Position numbers and translations under genes: made by a program | The notes under the pieces: generated by a model | The model's database searches: none | Told to the model about the DNA's origin: nothing | Seen by the model: only the letters and a program-made list of their open reading frames with translations | Shown: positions 1-11,604 of the stretch, one piece after another | How positions within the stretch are numbered: the first letter of the stretch is position 1 | How the letters are laid out: every line of letters begins with the position of its first letter | Assembly: GCA_029953675.1 (NCBI GenBank) | Contig: JAMWBK010000004.1 | Location: 372,001-436,000, forward strand | Length of the DNA: 64,000 nucleotides | Source: Rhodosorus marinus CCMP1338 | Lineage: Eukaryota; Plantae; Rhodophyta | Direction: 5' to 3'

Positions 1-759
1 CAAATGTTCCAGCCGCACCAATACGACCTGGGTGTTTCATCCAGGAACCACCACTCGAGGCTGCGGCGATGGCAGCTTGGCCTCGATCTCCAACGATGCA
101 AACGGCACCCACGGTTTCCATCGATTGAGGCGCAGCGAGTCGCTCTCGATACTTTAGCCACTGACTTTTTGTGTCCGTAGTTGAGAGCTCGGCTTCTGCG
201 AGTCCTTGTTTGACGCAAAAGGAGGTTGCTCCAGTAGAACACAAGAGCCCGGGCGGAACCTAGTAGTTGACGAGAGATGGTAAAAGAGATTAGACCCAAA
301 GGGAACCATTCATGTTATCCGGAAGAAAATACTGATTCGTAGGAGCGAGTGGTTCAATGTGGAACTCACCAGTCCACAAGGGAGGTCCGATTTTACTTTG
401 AACTCTAGAACTTTTACGGCAGCCTTGGTCGGGTTTTTGATCTTCTTGAGAGCAGAAACGGAGGCAAAGGCATTGGAGTCGGATCCGTCTACAATGGACG
501 CATCGCACTCGACCTCTCCGTCAAGGTTCAAGGACGATCCAATCCCAGCATTGGTCAAGGGGCTGTCTTCCAGGACTGACATTGCGTTCGTTATTACCGT
601 CTGACCGTTGTTTCCATTAGAAACGGCCGAGTGTGCTGCACGCAGAGCTCGTTTAATGGTTCTCAACAACCTGACCTCAGCCTTCTTCGGGTGATCTCCA
701 GCTCCCGCGTGGACCACGATGACAAACGCGCTTGAATTCTCCTCCGCTTCTTCGGCCAT
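1..759 (-). CDS. TASP1: Threonine aspartase (Taspase1)-like Ntn hydrolase, 3' part outside the window
   Basis: Exon 1 (759-370) reads VIVVHAGAG...LEDSPLTNAGIGSSLNLDGEVECDASIVDG. A GT-AG intron spans 369-260. Exon 2 reads ...SMETVGAVC...ASSGGSWMKHPGRIGAAG, which includes the nucleophile Thr and a taspase-type SSGG..KHPGR motif. Confidence 0.85.
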
Positions 760-1993
760 TCCGCTTTAAGTCATTCGTACTGTGCTCATTTGCAAAACAT
801 CTTCATGCCTCGTTTTCTCTGCGCTTCAATAAGAGTCGACTGCTCCTCAAGGCGTGAGCAAGCTGTAGCATTCATTTTCATGAGGCTTGAACCGGAATGA
901 CTCAAAAAATCCTTCCGAACGCACCCCAAGGGTTGCGACCAGGCTTATCCCGACTTGCAGGGGAAAAGTGAAGGTGTTTGGCTCTTTCGGCGGGGACGGA
1001 GATGTGCAGCCTCAGTTGTTCTTGCACGGCCTCAGACTTCCCGTATCGCTTGGGCGCCAGCTTTTCTGCTGGTTACCCACGCTCCAAAAGCACCCTGTCC
1101 CTCAATGCAGCCAAAAAAACAACATATGCCCGTTTTCATTTGATCAGCGGTCAGGCAAAGGTTAAAACGTCAGGGCTCGAACACTCCTCACCCACCTGGA
1201 GGCCATGCGAGGGCGACTGTAGGAAGACAAGGTGGAAAATCGGGACATCTACAAAAAGAGCGTATCCTGTGGTGGTTTCATTTCTTAGCTTCTCCAACCA
1301 AGAGCGACAACATCACGACCCAAGACGGGTTATCAGTATCAGCATCCCGAACAGAATTTTTTGATAGGGGAAGATCAATCAACACCGTGGGCTCGGGACA
1401 AGGAAATATTTCGGAAAAAAATTCTTAATCAATATAGCAGTCAATATATGGATAAAGATATACTCAGTCATTTATTAGCCAATCTAAATCGCGAGAGATT
1501 GTAGCCCTCATAATTTCTTTACTAATATTATAAACAGGATTTGTAAGCATCCTGACATCTTTGGCCGTTGGAGCTAAAGTTTTTTACGACAATGATTAGT
1601 ATTTACTCTCTATTGAAAATACTAGAAAAATTCTTTGATTCAACTCTATCGCACTACAGGAATGTAAATATATAAAAAGACGATAAGCGGCGTATCCAAA
1701 ATAACGTTAAAAACATACGGGCGGAAACTTTGAAATATTGACGATTACTATTTAATACACTTTTGGCATATTAGTGATGGAGTCGAGCGATTTTGGGACT
1801 GGTGTTGAATAGTTCGGAGGGTATCTTAGCGAGTCGGGAGGAGTCACCAAGATCAAGGACGAGGCACAGAGACAGGTTTTTTTCTCCTTCTGATAGATGA
1901 ATGGGTCTTCTCATCACTGTTGAACGGGTTTTGATTTGACTGATGCTTTGTAGGGGAACATAAACAAGAAGTTTTTGAGGTGTAGGACAGAAG

Positions 1994-2691
1994 ATGAAGG
2001 CTTGGCAAGTTCTGCTGGCGATCGCGGTGTTTGCGGTCCTGGCCAGTCCGGTTATCGGCACTGATGATCCAGACGATGCATGGGAAGAATGGGGAGAGAC
2101 CAAGAGTCAGAAGGAGAAGGATCGTCAGAGACCTAAATTCCAGCCGAAGGTCGACATGAGGCCCGGGAAAAAGGTAGGAAAAGCATGAGCACTTCTCATT
2201 CGCGTGGAGACGATCAAGCTTGTTCAAAACATTTTTGCGGATTCAACGTGGTTTCAGGTGAACATTGATTCTTTAATGGGATCCGTTCCCAAGAAGCTTC
2301 AGCTTTTCTTCGTCAAGGGGAACTTTGCGAACGAGCCAGCCTGCAATGCCCGTGTTGCTCAGTGGCGTGAGCAGCTGAGAATTGGAGCCGTTGAGGCCAA
2401 CATCAGCTGTGTGAAAGCAGGAGATGAAATAACTATTGTAGGACGAGCGGAAAGCCAGCGAGACGCTCACAACGCTAAGGATTTTCTTTTGCGGTTTGAT
2501 GAGGTATGAAAGCACAGGAGCCATCCATACTCGTAGAGTCACAAGCTTTCGAGAACGAAGCTTTGAGGCAAGCCCTTCCTCATACTGCTTTGCTCAATTG
2601 CTTACCGGCACAGATCACTAGCGTTAAGATCGACACCCAGGAGTTCACAGAACCGTTGGTGCGTGGAGATGAAGACGAGGATGATCTCTGA
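1994..2691 (+). CDS. MESD-like ER chaperone (plant At2g46000-type), 3 exons
   Basis: Exons are 1994-2173, 2258-2503 and 2614-2691, with in-frame GT-AG joins. The protein has a signal peptide, DDAWEEWG, W..QLR.G, A..KDFLL and VKIDTQEF, and an acidic C-terminus ending EDDL. This matches the MESD consensus as recalled from memory. Confidence 0.7.
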
Positions 2692-3105
2692 TCCAACGCG
2701 TGTACGAAGTTGTTGATCTGAACCAAACCTAGCTAGCCACCCAGTACTCCTCAACTAAATATACTAAAACTACCTTTCCAATGTCTGGAGATTCTCGTTG
2801 AGAGTCGATGTTGCCTCCTTGCGCTCTTAATCGCTGCCTTGCTTTGCCCGCACCTTGCGATCCCGTCGAGGCCTAAGCCATCATTTCTAGCACTGCCTGA
2901 TACGGGGCTGTCCTCGTCAGAAACTGCGTGGATATCGAGGATTTGACTTCTCATGAAAATGAGGTTGTATTTACAGAGTATTGAAGGCTCGAGAACACTG
3001 TACACAGGTAGTTGATTAGAAAAATCTTACTAAAACTAAAGGATTTTGGAAAAGAACGATAGTGGAGGTAGGGGCAAGCTTCGCGCGACCCCGAGAGCCC
3101 ACCAT

Positions 3106-4729
3106 CTAATCGTCACTTGCTGTGTCTGTGCTCATGAAGTGCACCGGGATATCGGAACATGCTGCCTCGAAAGCTTGCTCAGCATCCATCTCTCCTAACA
3201 GCTGCAGAAAGGGGATCATTTTCAAGGCAGTTTCATGCCATTCCTGCTCCGGGTCAGAAGTTGGCACAATCCCAGCACCAGCATAAACGATCATACGCTG
3301 TCCAACGAACAATGCTGACCTTATGGAAACGCAAAATTCGCTACTGTTCTCCCCTACATAACCAAATGGACCAGAGTACAGCCCCCTGAAATGAAGGTAA
3401 ATGAAAGCGCTTCACAGTGAGAAAGCCGCATGGGTCATCCACACGACTGGGCCTGTTGACCACTTCCAAATCAGCCTACCTGTCGAATGGCTCCAAGTCT
3501 GACAGGCTCGACTTGGCAACCGACGTCGGAAGTCCGCACACAGCGGGAGTTGGATTCATCGCTTGCAGTAGTCTCGTTGCGTTGTCCAGCAGGCTCCTTT
3601 CCGTTAGTGAAGCGGAGAGTTTGGTGCGCAGATGAACGAGGTGCGGGAGGTGGACGATATCGTGAGTCCCATCCACAGATCTAGCTCCACACTGCTTGAG
3701 CGACGAAATTATGTGCTGCGTCACCAGACCCTGTTCGTATCGATCCTTCTTCGACGACAGAATATATTCCACCGCCTCTTTTCTGTTCCCGTCCACCGCG
3801 CACGTTCCTGCCAGAGACTCCGTCAATACCTCGAAGCTTTCAAGATAGAACAATTGCTCCGGTGAACAACCCAGAAACACCTTATCCTTCATCGGCTGGA
3901 GACCGAAGAGGAATCCGTTTGGGGTAAGCTCATGGAGTAGCGGAAGCAAGCTAAAGGGGTCTGGAGGGGTCCTTTCGCACTCAAAGTTGAAAGTCCTCGC
4001 CAAAACAATCTTTGAACTCTCGCCGGCTTGGAACTTGTCCTTTATCGATTTGATCGAACGAGCCCAATCCCCTGACTTGCTCCCCTGGCTCTGATGAGAC
4101 AGTGGAGCATTCCATGAAACCAAATCATCGGCGTGCCCAGTGATCAGCTGTCGTAGCGTCCCCTCTGAATGCTCTCTCCATCGACTTTGAGACCGGTCCA
4201 CATTTAGCACAAGAACACCCCCTTCCCTATACTCAACCACGGGCACGAAAACCAGCCCATCTGCTCCAAAATCTTCCCATTCAGAACCTGCGGGCCGCTC
4301 CGAATCGAACTTACCAGCCACGTACACTCTAAGACCCTTACACAACTCCCCGACCTTGGACAGACTATCCAAGCTTTCTCGTTTCCACGCGAATCCAAGA
4401 CCCCCGACCTCGACTCCGCCTTCGCGAGATCGGTAGTAAAACCTCTCCTGACAACATGACCCTAGTCTCCTCACAAAATCGAGAATAGACTGAGGTCCCG
4501 ACTCGCTAACCTCGACCTCTAGCCGAAGCCAGCCGGAATTTCCCCTGCACCCTCGGAGTCCATCCAATAGTTTCCGCAGGCCCTCGTTTACCCCGCAAAC
4601 ACCCCCAATTCGCTGCACGACGTCCTCTCCATCACCGACTTCTACCTCTGCGCCTCCCATCCCATTACACATCAAGCCGCCCTGAGGTCCTCTACCAACA
4701 ACCACCCCGCCAACCTCACCAATACTCAT
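3106..4729 (-). CDS. menF: Isochorismate synthase (MenF-like), stand-alone, 2 exons
   Basis: Motifs KIVLAR, FLGCSPEQLF, ESLAGT, KDRYEQ and NPTPAVCGLP are in exon 1. After an intron (3479-3386) it reads DRGLYSGPFGY..EFCVSIRSAL..YAGAGIV..S.PEQEW.ET.LK. The true start is uncertain, and an upstream exon is possible. Confidence 0.9.
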
Positions 4730-6521
4730 TTCACCTCAGTATCAAAACAAACCATTCCACCAACCCGCTTCATGAAGCAATTCGAAAAACAACTCCTGCG
4801 ATTCGACAGACGCATCCCAACATTACATGTTTACCAGGTCCCACCCTCCCCAACCCCCTCCCTCCCTCCCGCCCAATACACGTTGCCTGCTAACTGTCGC
4901 TCTTTATGCTCATCGACATTCGCGACCTCGGAACTCGAGTTCCCAAAGCAAACACCTCCCCGAAGACAAAAGTTGGCACTGGACTTTTCCCACAATGCAA
5001 ACTCTCCCCCCCCCTCTCTATCCATCTCAATACCCCCCGAAAAAACTGTCATCAGGGACAGTGCCGAATAGAAATTTAATTTTGTCGTAAATAAATCGGT
5101 GGTTCTTGGTCTGCAATTTTTCTGGGAAGGTATGAAATTTACCTTCAAATAGCAACCAGAACGAGGATGGTTGGCTTGGCAGTGGACTCTAGTGTGCACA
5201 GTTAAACGAAACACAAAGTCATGTACGGCCACAACGTTTTTCCTGATGAACAGGTCTTCGGCTACGAACACTCTTGAGCTTGAGAAGATCATCGAGCATC
5301 ATCAAGTTCTGCTTTTCTCGTAGTCTCAAAGCTGCCACTTCCAGGCGCGAGTCACTAGCATCATGTTGAAAGGGAAGGGGGGGGGAGGGAGATGGGTGGG
5401 GATGGGAGCTGGAGGGGGGGTAAGAATTCCGTGATTTTGTTTCAGGATCGCTTTGAAAAACAATGAAAAAAAGTTACTCGTCTTGAAAATTTACCAATTC
5501 GAATATCTCCGGGTCTTACACAAATTTAGCGCAAGCTATTTTCTAAGCATGTTCTAATTTAAGGATATAAATCTTGTATTAAATAATTTTCAATGAATAT
5601 ATCGTATTTTAAGCACTCTATTTTCTTTAATTTTGGAGGCCAACGATCGGCGTTTTGGAGGCGAACGATCCCGATGTATACATTGTTCCAACATTGGGAA
5701 ATGGCTTGTCCCAAATGGGGTGCTTATGTGGGACAGTAGGGACATCCCTTCTCTGCATCGTACTTGTTTCCCATCACCGGTTTTTGGGTATGGGAGGATG
5801 AGGGATGAAACAAAAGAACACGCTGCCATGCGCTAATGTTTCTGTGTTCTTCTGTTGTAGTGTATCAAACTCTTGTCGTCCTATTGATGCTCCTCTATTT
5901 CATATTGTGTTCAACGGAGACGGAAGTATACCGGAGAAACACACGGCTCCAGTGAAAGTACTCCTCCGGCGGTCAACGATGCGAGGGAGAAAAATATTGC
6001 AGCCACTAGCGAATAAGGAAGCTGAATCTGGAATTGATAATTTCCTGCTTCCTGCGACTCTGAATCCATGACGTGTATAAATGCCTTTGTTAAAACGCGG
6101 TGAGTAAATACTCGGACGTGGTTTTTCCCTCTGACTGGATGATGCTGGTTTAGTACTCTCCTCGTGTCGCATTTCACCCCCGGCATGCACGGGCTAGGCC
6201 CTATGGCGAAAGGATGACTGTGCTTGAGCGTGAGCAGAGTCCTTGGATGTCTAATGATTTACACCGTCGACCAGGAAACCCATTGGATGGTGTTATGCAG
6301 TGGTACTTATTCTTCGTCAACTGTTCGCGCACGAGTGAAACCACTCAACCATGTCCTTATCCATTGCCTCTCATTCAGAACGGAATCCATAGCATGAGGT
6401 TCAAAGATTACCTCCACCGAGCCCACTCCATCCTCCTCCAGCTAAGCCTATACTACTGGCACGCATTGTGACAAAGTAGCACATGCCAAGCCAGTTAGGG
6501 GACACAAGTAGTAGTTCAGGA

Positions 6522-6582
6522 GCCTCCATAGCTCAGTGGTGGATGCAACAGTCTAGGAAGCTGTAGGTCGCGAATTCGATTG
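6522..6582 (+). pseudogene. tRNA-derived sequence (Thr-like) lacking the 3' T-stem and acceptor strand
   Basis: GCCTCCATAGCTCAGTGGTGGATGC-ACAGT-CTAGGAA-GCTGT-AGGTCGCGAATTCGAT has an intact A box (TAGCTCAGTGG), a paired anticodon stem, a variable loop and a degenerate B box. No complementary acceptor 3' strand follows. Confidence 0.7.
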
Positions 6583-6705
6583 TTGGCTTCATGCTAATTT
6601 TCGTAGCGAGCCAGGGCGTCCTGATAAGCTCCTCAAGGAACTGTCTTTGACTCTCTGGCGTTCAAACGCTGCTTTTACCAGCTGAAACATCACGTTTCTA
6701 GCTGT
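6522..6705 (+). mobile_element. Candidate SINE or tRNA-LINE chimera: tRNA head plus the 3' tail of a CRE-like RLE retrotransposon
   Basis: The segment from about 6583 to 6705 aligns by eye with 14205-14340. It translates FRSEPGRPDKLLKELSLTLWRSNAAFTS* against FRNKAGRLDSLFTELSLILCRSNDCFV, and both carry a catc..gtttct.gct 3'UTR motif. Confidence 0.6.
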
Positions 6706-7324
6706 TCAACACCAGTCTTGGGCGCACTCCGTTGCTCATAGTATCTTCGATACGGAGAGTTGTTGGACTCAAGACGCGCGTCATGAGCGTCTTGAGTCCC
6801 GCTTCTCACGGTAGGCTCTGGATAGACGCTGATGATGAGGTAGTACTAGTTCTCACTCTAGGACACTCACGGCTGAACATAAATTATGCCAACCTTTTAT
6901 TCCTATTTTTATTTGAAAAAGCCGTAACTTGAGTTTCCAGATTCATAATACGAGTAGTTGCCCAGAAAGTAATAAATCAGGAACAGAAAATTCGAAATAA
7001 GTTCTGAAATATATATAATTTGGGTTTATCACGTTCTATTTTTGTGTTTTTCTGAAAGGGCTGTTTAGTACGTGAAAATCGGCAGTCGCAAACTGGTGAT
7101 TCAAGCGGGAGGGCCCATCCCGGTCCAGAGGGTTTGTGACGGCAAGGGTACTTGGGTGCTATAGCTATACAGCGATCCAGGTTTGGGAATGGTTTGTTAT
7201 TTTGCTAATCTGGACATCTTCAAGTCTGCATTTAGAATCGAACTAATGGGGCTCTGAATTCCCCTGGAAGGTTTGTACGCGGGTGCAAGCTGATCGAGAT
7301 TCTTGGATCAGATTCTTTGTGCAA

Positions 7325-10300
7325 ATGTCTGGGATGCGGCCGGGATCTGGATCGAGACCTGGATCGAGATCAGGGACACCATTGAGGGCATGGTCAACTG
7401 CATCTTCTTCACGACCGGGATCTGCGGGCTCGCTAGGAACCTCTGATCGTGGTACCGTTCTGTTGCTGAGGTATCGTGACTGGAAGACTTGAAAACCCCC
7501 CAACTGAACAGCGTCATTTCTAAAAATGTTTACTCTCATTATCGATGATTAGGGAACTAGTTCACGCTCATGTCGGCAAAACGGAGGTTCGCCTCACGCC
7601 CGAATTTATCCGCGTCGGCTTATGACAGGGGTCTCACTTTCTCTTACCCTTGAATTCGATGAATACGATTACAGGGTGGTGCTGACGCACGCCAGAGCGT
7701 TAATACGTTAAGGTACGCTATCCGAGTCGTGGGCTCGAAAATCGGGCCACCACCGTCCTTGTCAAGTACAAGCGCGGTTAGCGACGCGATCGTGCGAAGG
7801 CTCGCGAAGTCCCATAGACATGAGGATGCGACAAGGTGTGTACTGGATGTTTTCATGATCGGTCTTTCCATGCGAGTTAGGATGCTCAGCAAACCGGCTG
7901 CAAATCTTTAATTTCCCCAAGGGCATCGTACCTTATTGAAGTGCTTCGCTCAAATGACTCGTTGGGCAATCCCCAGCTACTTCTTCAGCTGCTCGATGCT
8001 CTCACGGGTTCTGCGCACGATGATATATATGCGGCCTGGCCAACAGAAACTCAAAAGGTTCCTTCACCCCAGTGCTGTGAGATGCAGGCAGAGTGTGATA
8101 TCTGACCTCACAGAACTGATTGGATATTGTTTCCGCTGGATCACTTTGATTCTACCCCTTGCAGGTCTATGAAAACTATGGCGACCGCGTGGATTCACGC
8201 GAGCCCAAAGAGCCGCTGCTGGACTTACCTAGCTCAGGAATTCCACGGCCACCGTCGAGCAAACCCCAGCAATCTGGATCGGATCACTCCGGACGCGCGG
8301 TTCCCACTGGAATGGACGCGACTGAATCACCAACAGTTCCGCCTCCAGCACCGTCACCTGAGCTTTTGGCGGCTGTAGTTCAGCGCGAGAATTCGGCAGT
8401 TCCAGAAAGGGTCCTACTCAGGCAGGCGCTCTTTGTTTTGCATGGAATTGATGGCGACCTCGTGAAGTCCGATCCCACTGGAAATGGACACCCATCGGTA
8501 AGTGACCGCCGCACCCGGCAAGTTGGAAAGGGTGACCAGGGCCTAATAATGAGCTTGTGGTGGTGTGCCTTGCAAAGATATCATCAAAGATTGGTCGTGG
8601 CAGGAAGGGGCTGTTGATTAGGGTCTGTGGATTAGGAGCTATCCTCTCACGAGTGAGGGAATTCTCTCAGTCGAGCTCGGAGCAGGACGAAACCAGCGGT
8701 GGTGGGAAGGGGCTTGTCGTAGGAGCCTTCAAAGCCGCGCTGTCAGCGGAACTGGACAAATTCTTCGCCGAAATGGCGGCAATCGAAACGCAGGGCAAAA
8801 ACGACAAGGCATGGTCGTTGAGAAGACTGACGTCATGGTTGGTCCCTCCACGTCCGTTAGCCTGTAGTGGAGCCCGCCTCCAACTGATTTCCGATATCCG
8901 TTTGCTACTTTCCCCAGGGTCGAAGAGTCATCTTCTCGGATACTGCTGATGAACAAGCTCGTATCCATCTCCATGAAGCTCAAGGGGTGTGCGCTCACGA
9001 GCGAGCTGGACAGACAGTCGCGAAGAACGGATGGGGACGTTGGTAGGACTGCTCGGCGTCTGTATAGACAGTCCTGCCGTCCAATCCTCAGGATGCTGAG
9101 GAAGTGGCTTGCGGAGGGAGTAATCGACGACGAGTACGATGAATTCTTCATTTTCGCGGATAACTCCGTCCAACCCGTCAGGCTTTGGAGTGAGAAGTAT
9201 AAGCTCGTACCAGAACGTATTCCCAGCATGATTACTCCTGAGGTAGCAAGCGCCGCACTGATTGCGGGGAAAGCAGTTGACTTTCTGCGAGCCTGCTGCG
9301 ACGACCGTGAATGGGTGCTCCAAAGGGCGTCGAAGATGACCGAAAGAGATTTCGAGGACAATCGGGAGCTATCAAATTTAACAGAGGCGATCACGGCGGC
9401 TAGCAGTGAGGCATCAGAGCGTGTCAAAAAGCTCATGTTCGGAAAGTTCCGGTAAGCACAAGGATCCTAGAGCGTACATCTATTTTCGACCTCTGCGCTT
9501 GCCAGTCTTTTTGCCCGGCACCACTTGAGTTTAAGCTTCGCCCGTGGTTAACTCGACATCCTCACCAGGCTCGTGGAACATCTGGAATCGCTGAGATCCT
9601 ATTTGCTCTTGATGAGGGGAGACTTTGTGCAAGTGATCACTGACGCCTTGGGCGAAGATCTGGACAAACCCGCCGGGATGATCCTGAGAAATAATCTAGT
9701 GCGGGTTCTTGAGAACTCGATGCGTATTTCGCCCGGTGAGAACGAATCGGAGGTTGACCACGATCGGCTCGATGTCCGGCTACTCGAGGCCTCGAAGAAA
9801 GACACGGGTTGGGACATTTTCCGGCTCGATTATCGGTTTACAGAGGCCGCGCTTGAGAACTTTTTCAGTGACAGGGTTATGAGTCGGTACATGAGGATTT
9901 TTGCTTTTCTCTGGAAGCTGAAGCGCGCTGAGCATTATTTAAGAGACTTGTGGGAAGTCCAGAGGAGCTGGAACGCGTCCTTGAACAGCTCTAGGAATCA
10001 ACTGTTTCTGCAGTGCGCTTTTCTGAGGGTGAAAATGAACCATTTTATTCTCAACCTTCAGTACTTCCTTGTGTAAGTATTTAGCTATTTCCCCGATTTC
10101 ATCCTTCGGCGTTGGTCCAGGACATTCTTGACAAGTGCCTTGATTTTTTTTGAGACTTTTTCGGCTGACCCCCTACGCCCGTTGCAGGTACGAAGTTTTG
10201 GATAGCTCATGGAAGACTTTTATGGAAGAACTCAAGTCCGCGAGCGACCTACAAGTGTTGCTGGGTTCCCACGCGAACTACCTGAACTCGATAACAACGA

Positions 10301-10703
10301 GGGCACTCCTTAGGGAAGAGTCAAGAGATCAACACGAGCGTATTCTCAGAATTTTGGACACCGTATTAGACCTGAAAGAGCTGCAGGATCAAATTTACAA
10401 GCCAGGGTCTGGCTTAGAAATCGGCATGCAGGCGGGTGGAAGGGTAAGCGTGCAGAAACAGATTCTGTGCACTCCGACAGCGCTACTTGTCTGCGGCTTA
10501 GCTCGTTGCTCTGTCACTCGAACACCGCATAGGTAGACACGCAGAGTGCCCTCGGAAAGCTCGAGAAGGAGTTTGACTCTTCCATGGCTGGACTGTTGGA
10601 ATCACTCAATGTGCGGACAAACGACGACAACTTGGTCCTACTGGCTCTGCGTTTGGACTTCAACGAGCACTACAGCGTATTAGGGAGAGAACGCTTCCTC
10701 TGA
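7325..10703 (+). CDS. GCP3: Gamma-tubulin complex component 3 (Spc98), multi-exon
   Basis: The spliced N-terminus reads LLRELVHAH..LRYAIRVVGSKI, followed by LLRQALFVLHGIDG, WLAEGVIDDEYDEFFI, VPERIPSMI, LRSYLLLMRGDFV, GWDIFRLDY and the C-terminal LRLDFNEHY* at 10703. Confidence 0.9.
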
Positions 10704-11604
10704 TAATCGAGCGTCCGCCCCGGTTGTTTCCTTCTGTCAATACTGACGAGGAGAGTTCGACGACGTATCCACGAGGCACCCTAAGGGTCGGAGAAATGCC
10801 GCCTCTGAATTCCATGAGAATGGGTTACTCTCATCCATGGTCATGCATATAGCAACGTATTGGAACGGAGACCGTTCTGTGTTGGTGTGTATTTAAGACA
10901 ATAGAACAGGCACATACGCGAAAAAGCTAGCGAGTAAACTTGACTAGAAAAAACAGAAGGCTAGAGGAAGGGAGGTTCAGCAGAAGAAGCAGAAGAGACC
11001 AGTGCCATTGTCTCAACGCGCTCTGTCGAACAGAAGCTTTTCTCTGTATCCGTGAGGGGCGCCTTGCATTCAATGGTCGTTCAGCCCTTCCTTGACTGAG
11101 CATCGACGAACCGTTGCTGGCTTCCTCGCCTAAAGGCCCTTGTGTACACTGCGCGCTCTGGAGATTCCTCGATTCTGTCGGCGAGGGTTGATCATCGTCG
11201 AATGTTTTCCAAGAGCACACTTGAACTGATCCAATCGATCCTTCAGTTCTTTCGGGCAGCAGCTGCGAGGCTAGATATCCGATAACCGATGTGGATGTGT
11301 AAAAAAGCGGGCCAAACTGTTAGCGAAAACAGACCAATTTCTTTCAGATCTACGTGGTCGTAGCACTGGGCAGCAGGGCGACTACGTTTGTGTCGAGCAT
11401 ATCCCGAAAATTTCTCGATCCTCATCGGACTGCTCTTCATTCTGTCAGTGAACCCGGTAAACACCCGTTGCGGCACCGTCGTGCAAGGATCGGACAGCAG
11501 AGCGAGCGTTGCTTGGTGTCTCCCATAGATGTGCATGGTTGATGCGCAGGACTTTCTTGGCAGTCGACAGGCACTGGTAATGGTAATGGAAAACTGATTT
11601 CTAG

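Noticed and set aside
110-125. E-T instead of D-T at the taspase autocleavage site
   Set aside because: Residues other than Asp precede the nucleophile in related asparaginases, so it is not clearly unusual.
3300-3390. Frameshift in menF exon 2
   Set aside because: A recount of the G-run gives the continuous frame YVGENSSEF.
6522-6595. Functional tRNA-Pro(AGG)
   Set aside because: The T-stem and acceptor stem cannot pair and the body is Thr-like, so it is treated as a derived fragment.
10927-11600. Possible small spliced gene on the minus strand
   Set aside because: Several alternative joins are possible and none gives a recognisable protein.
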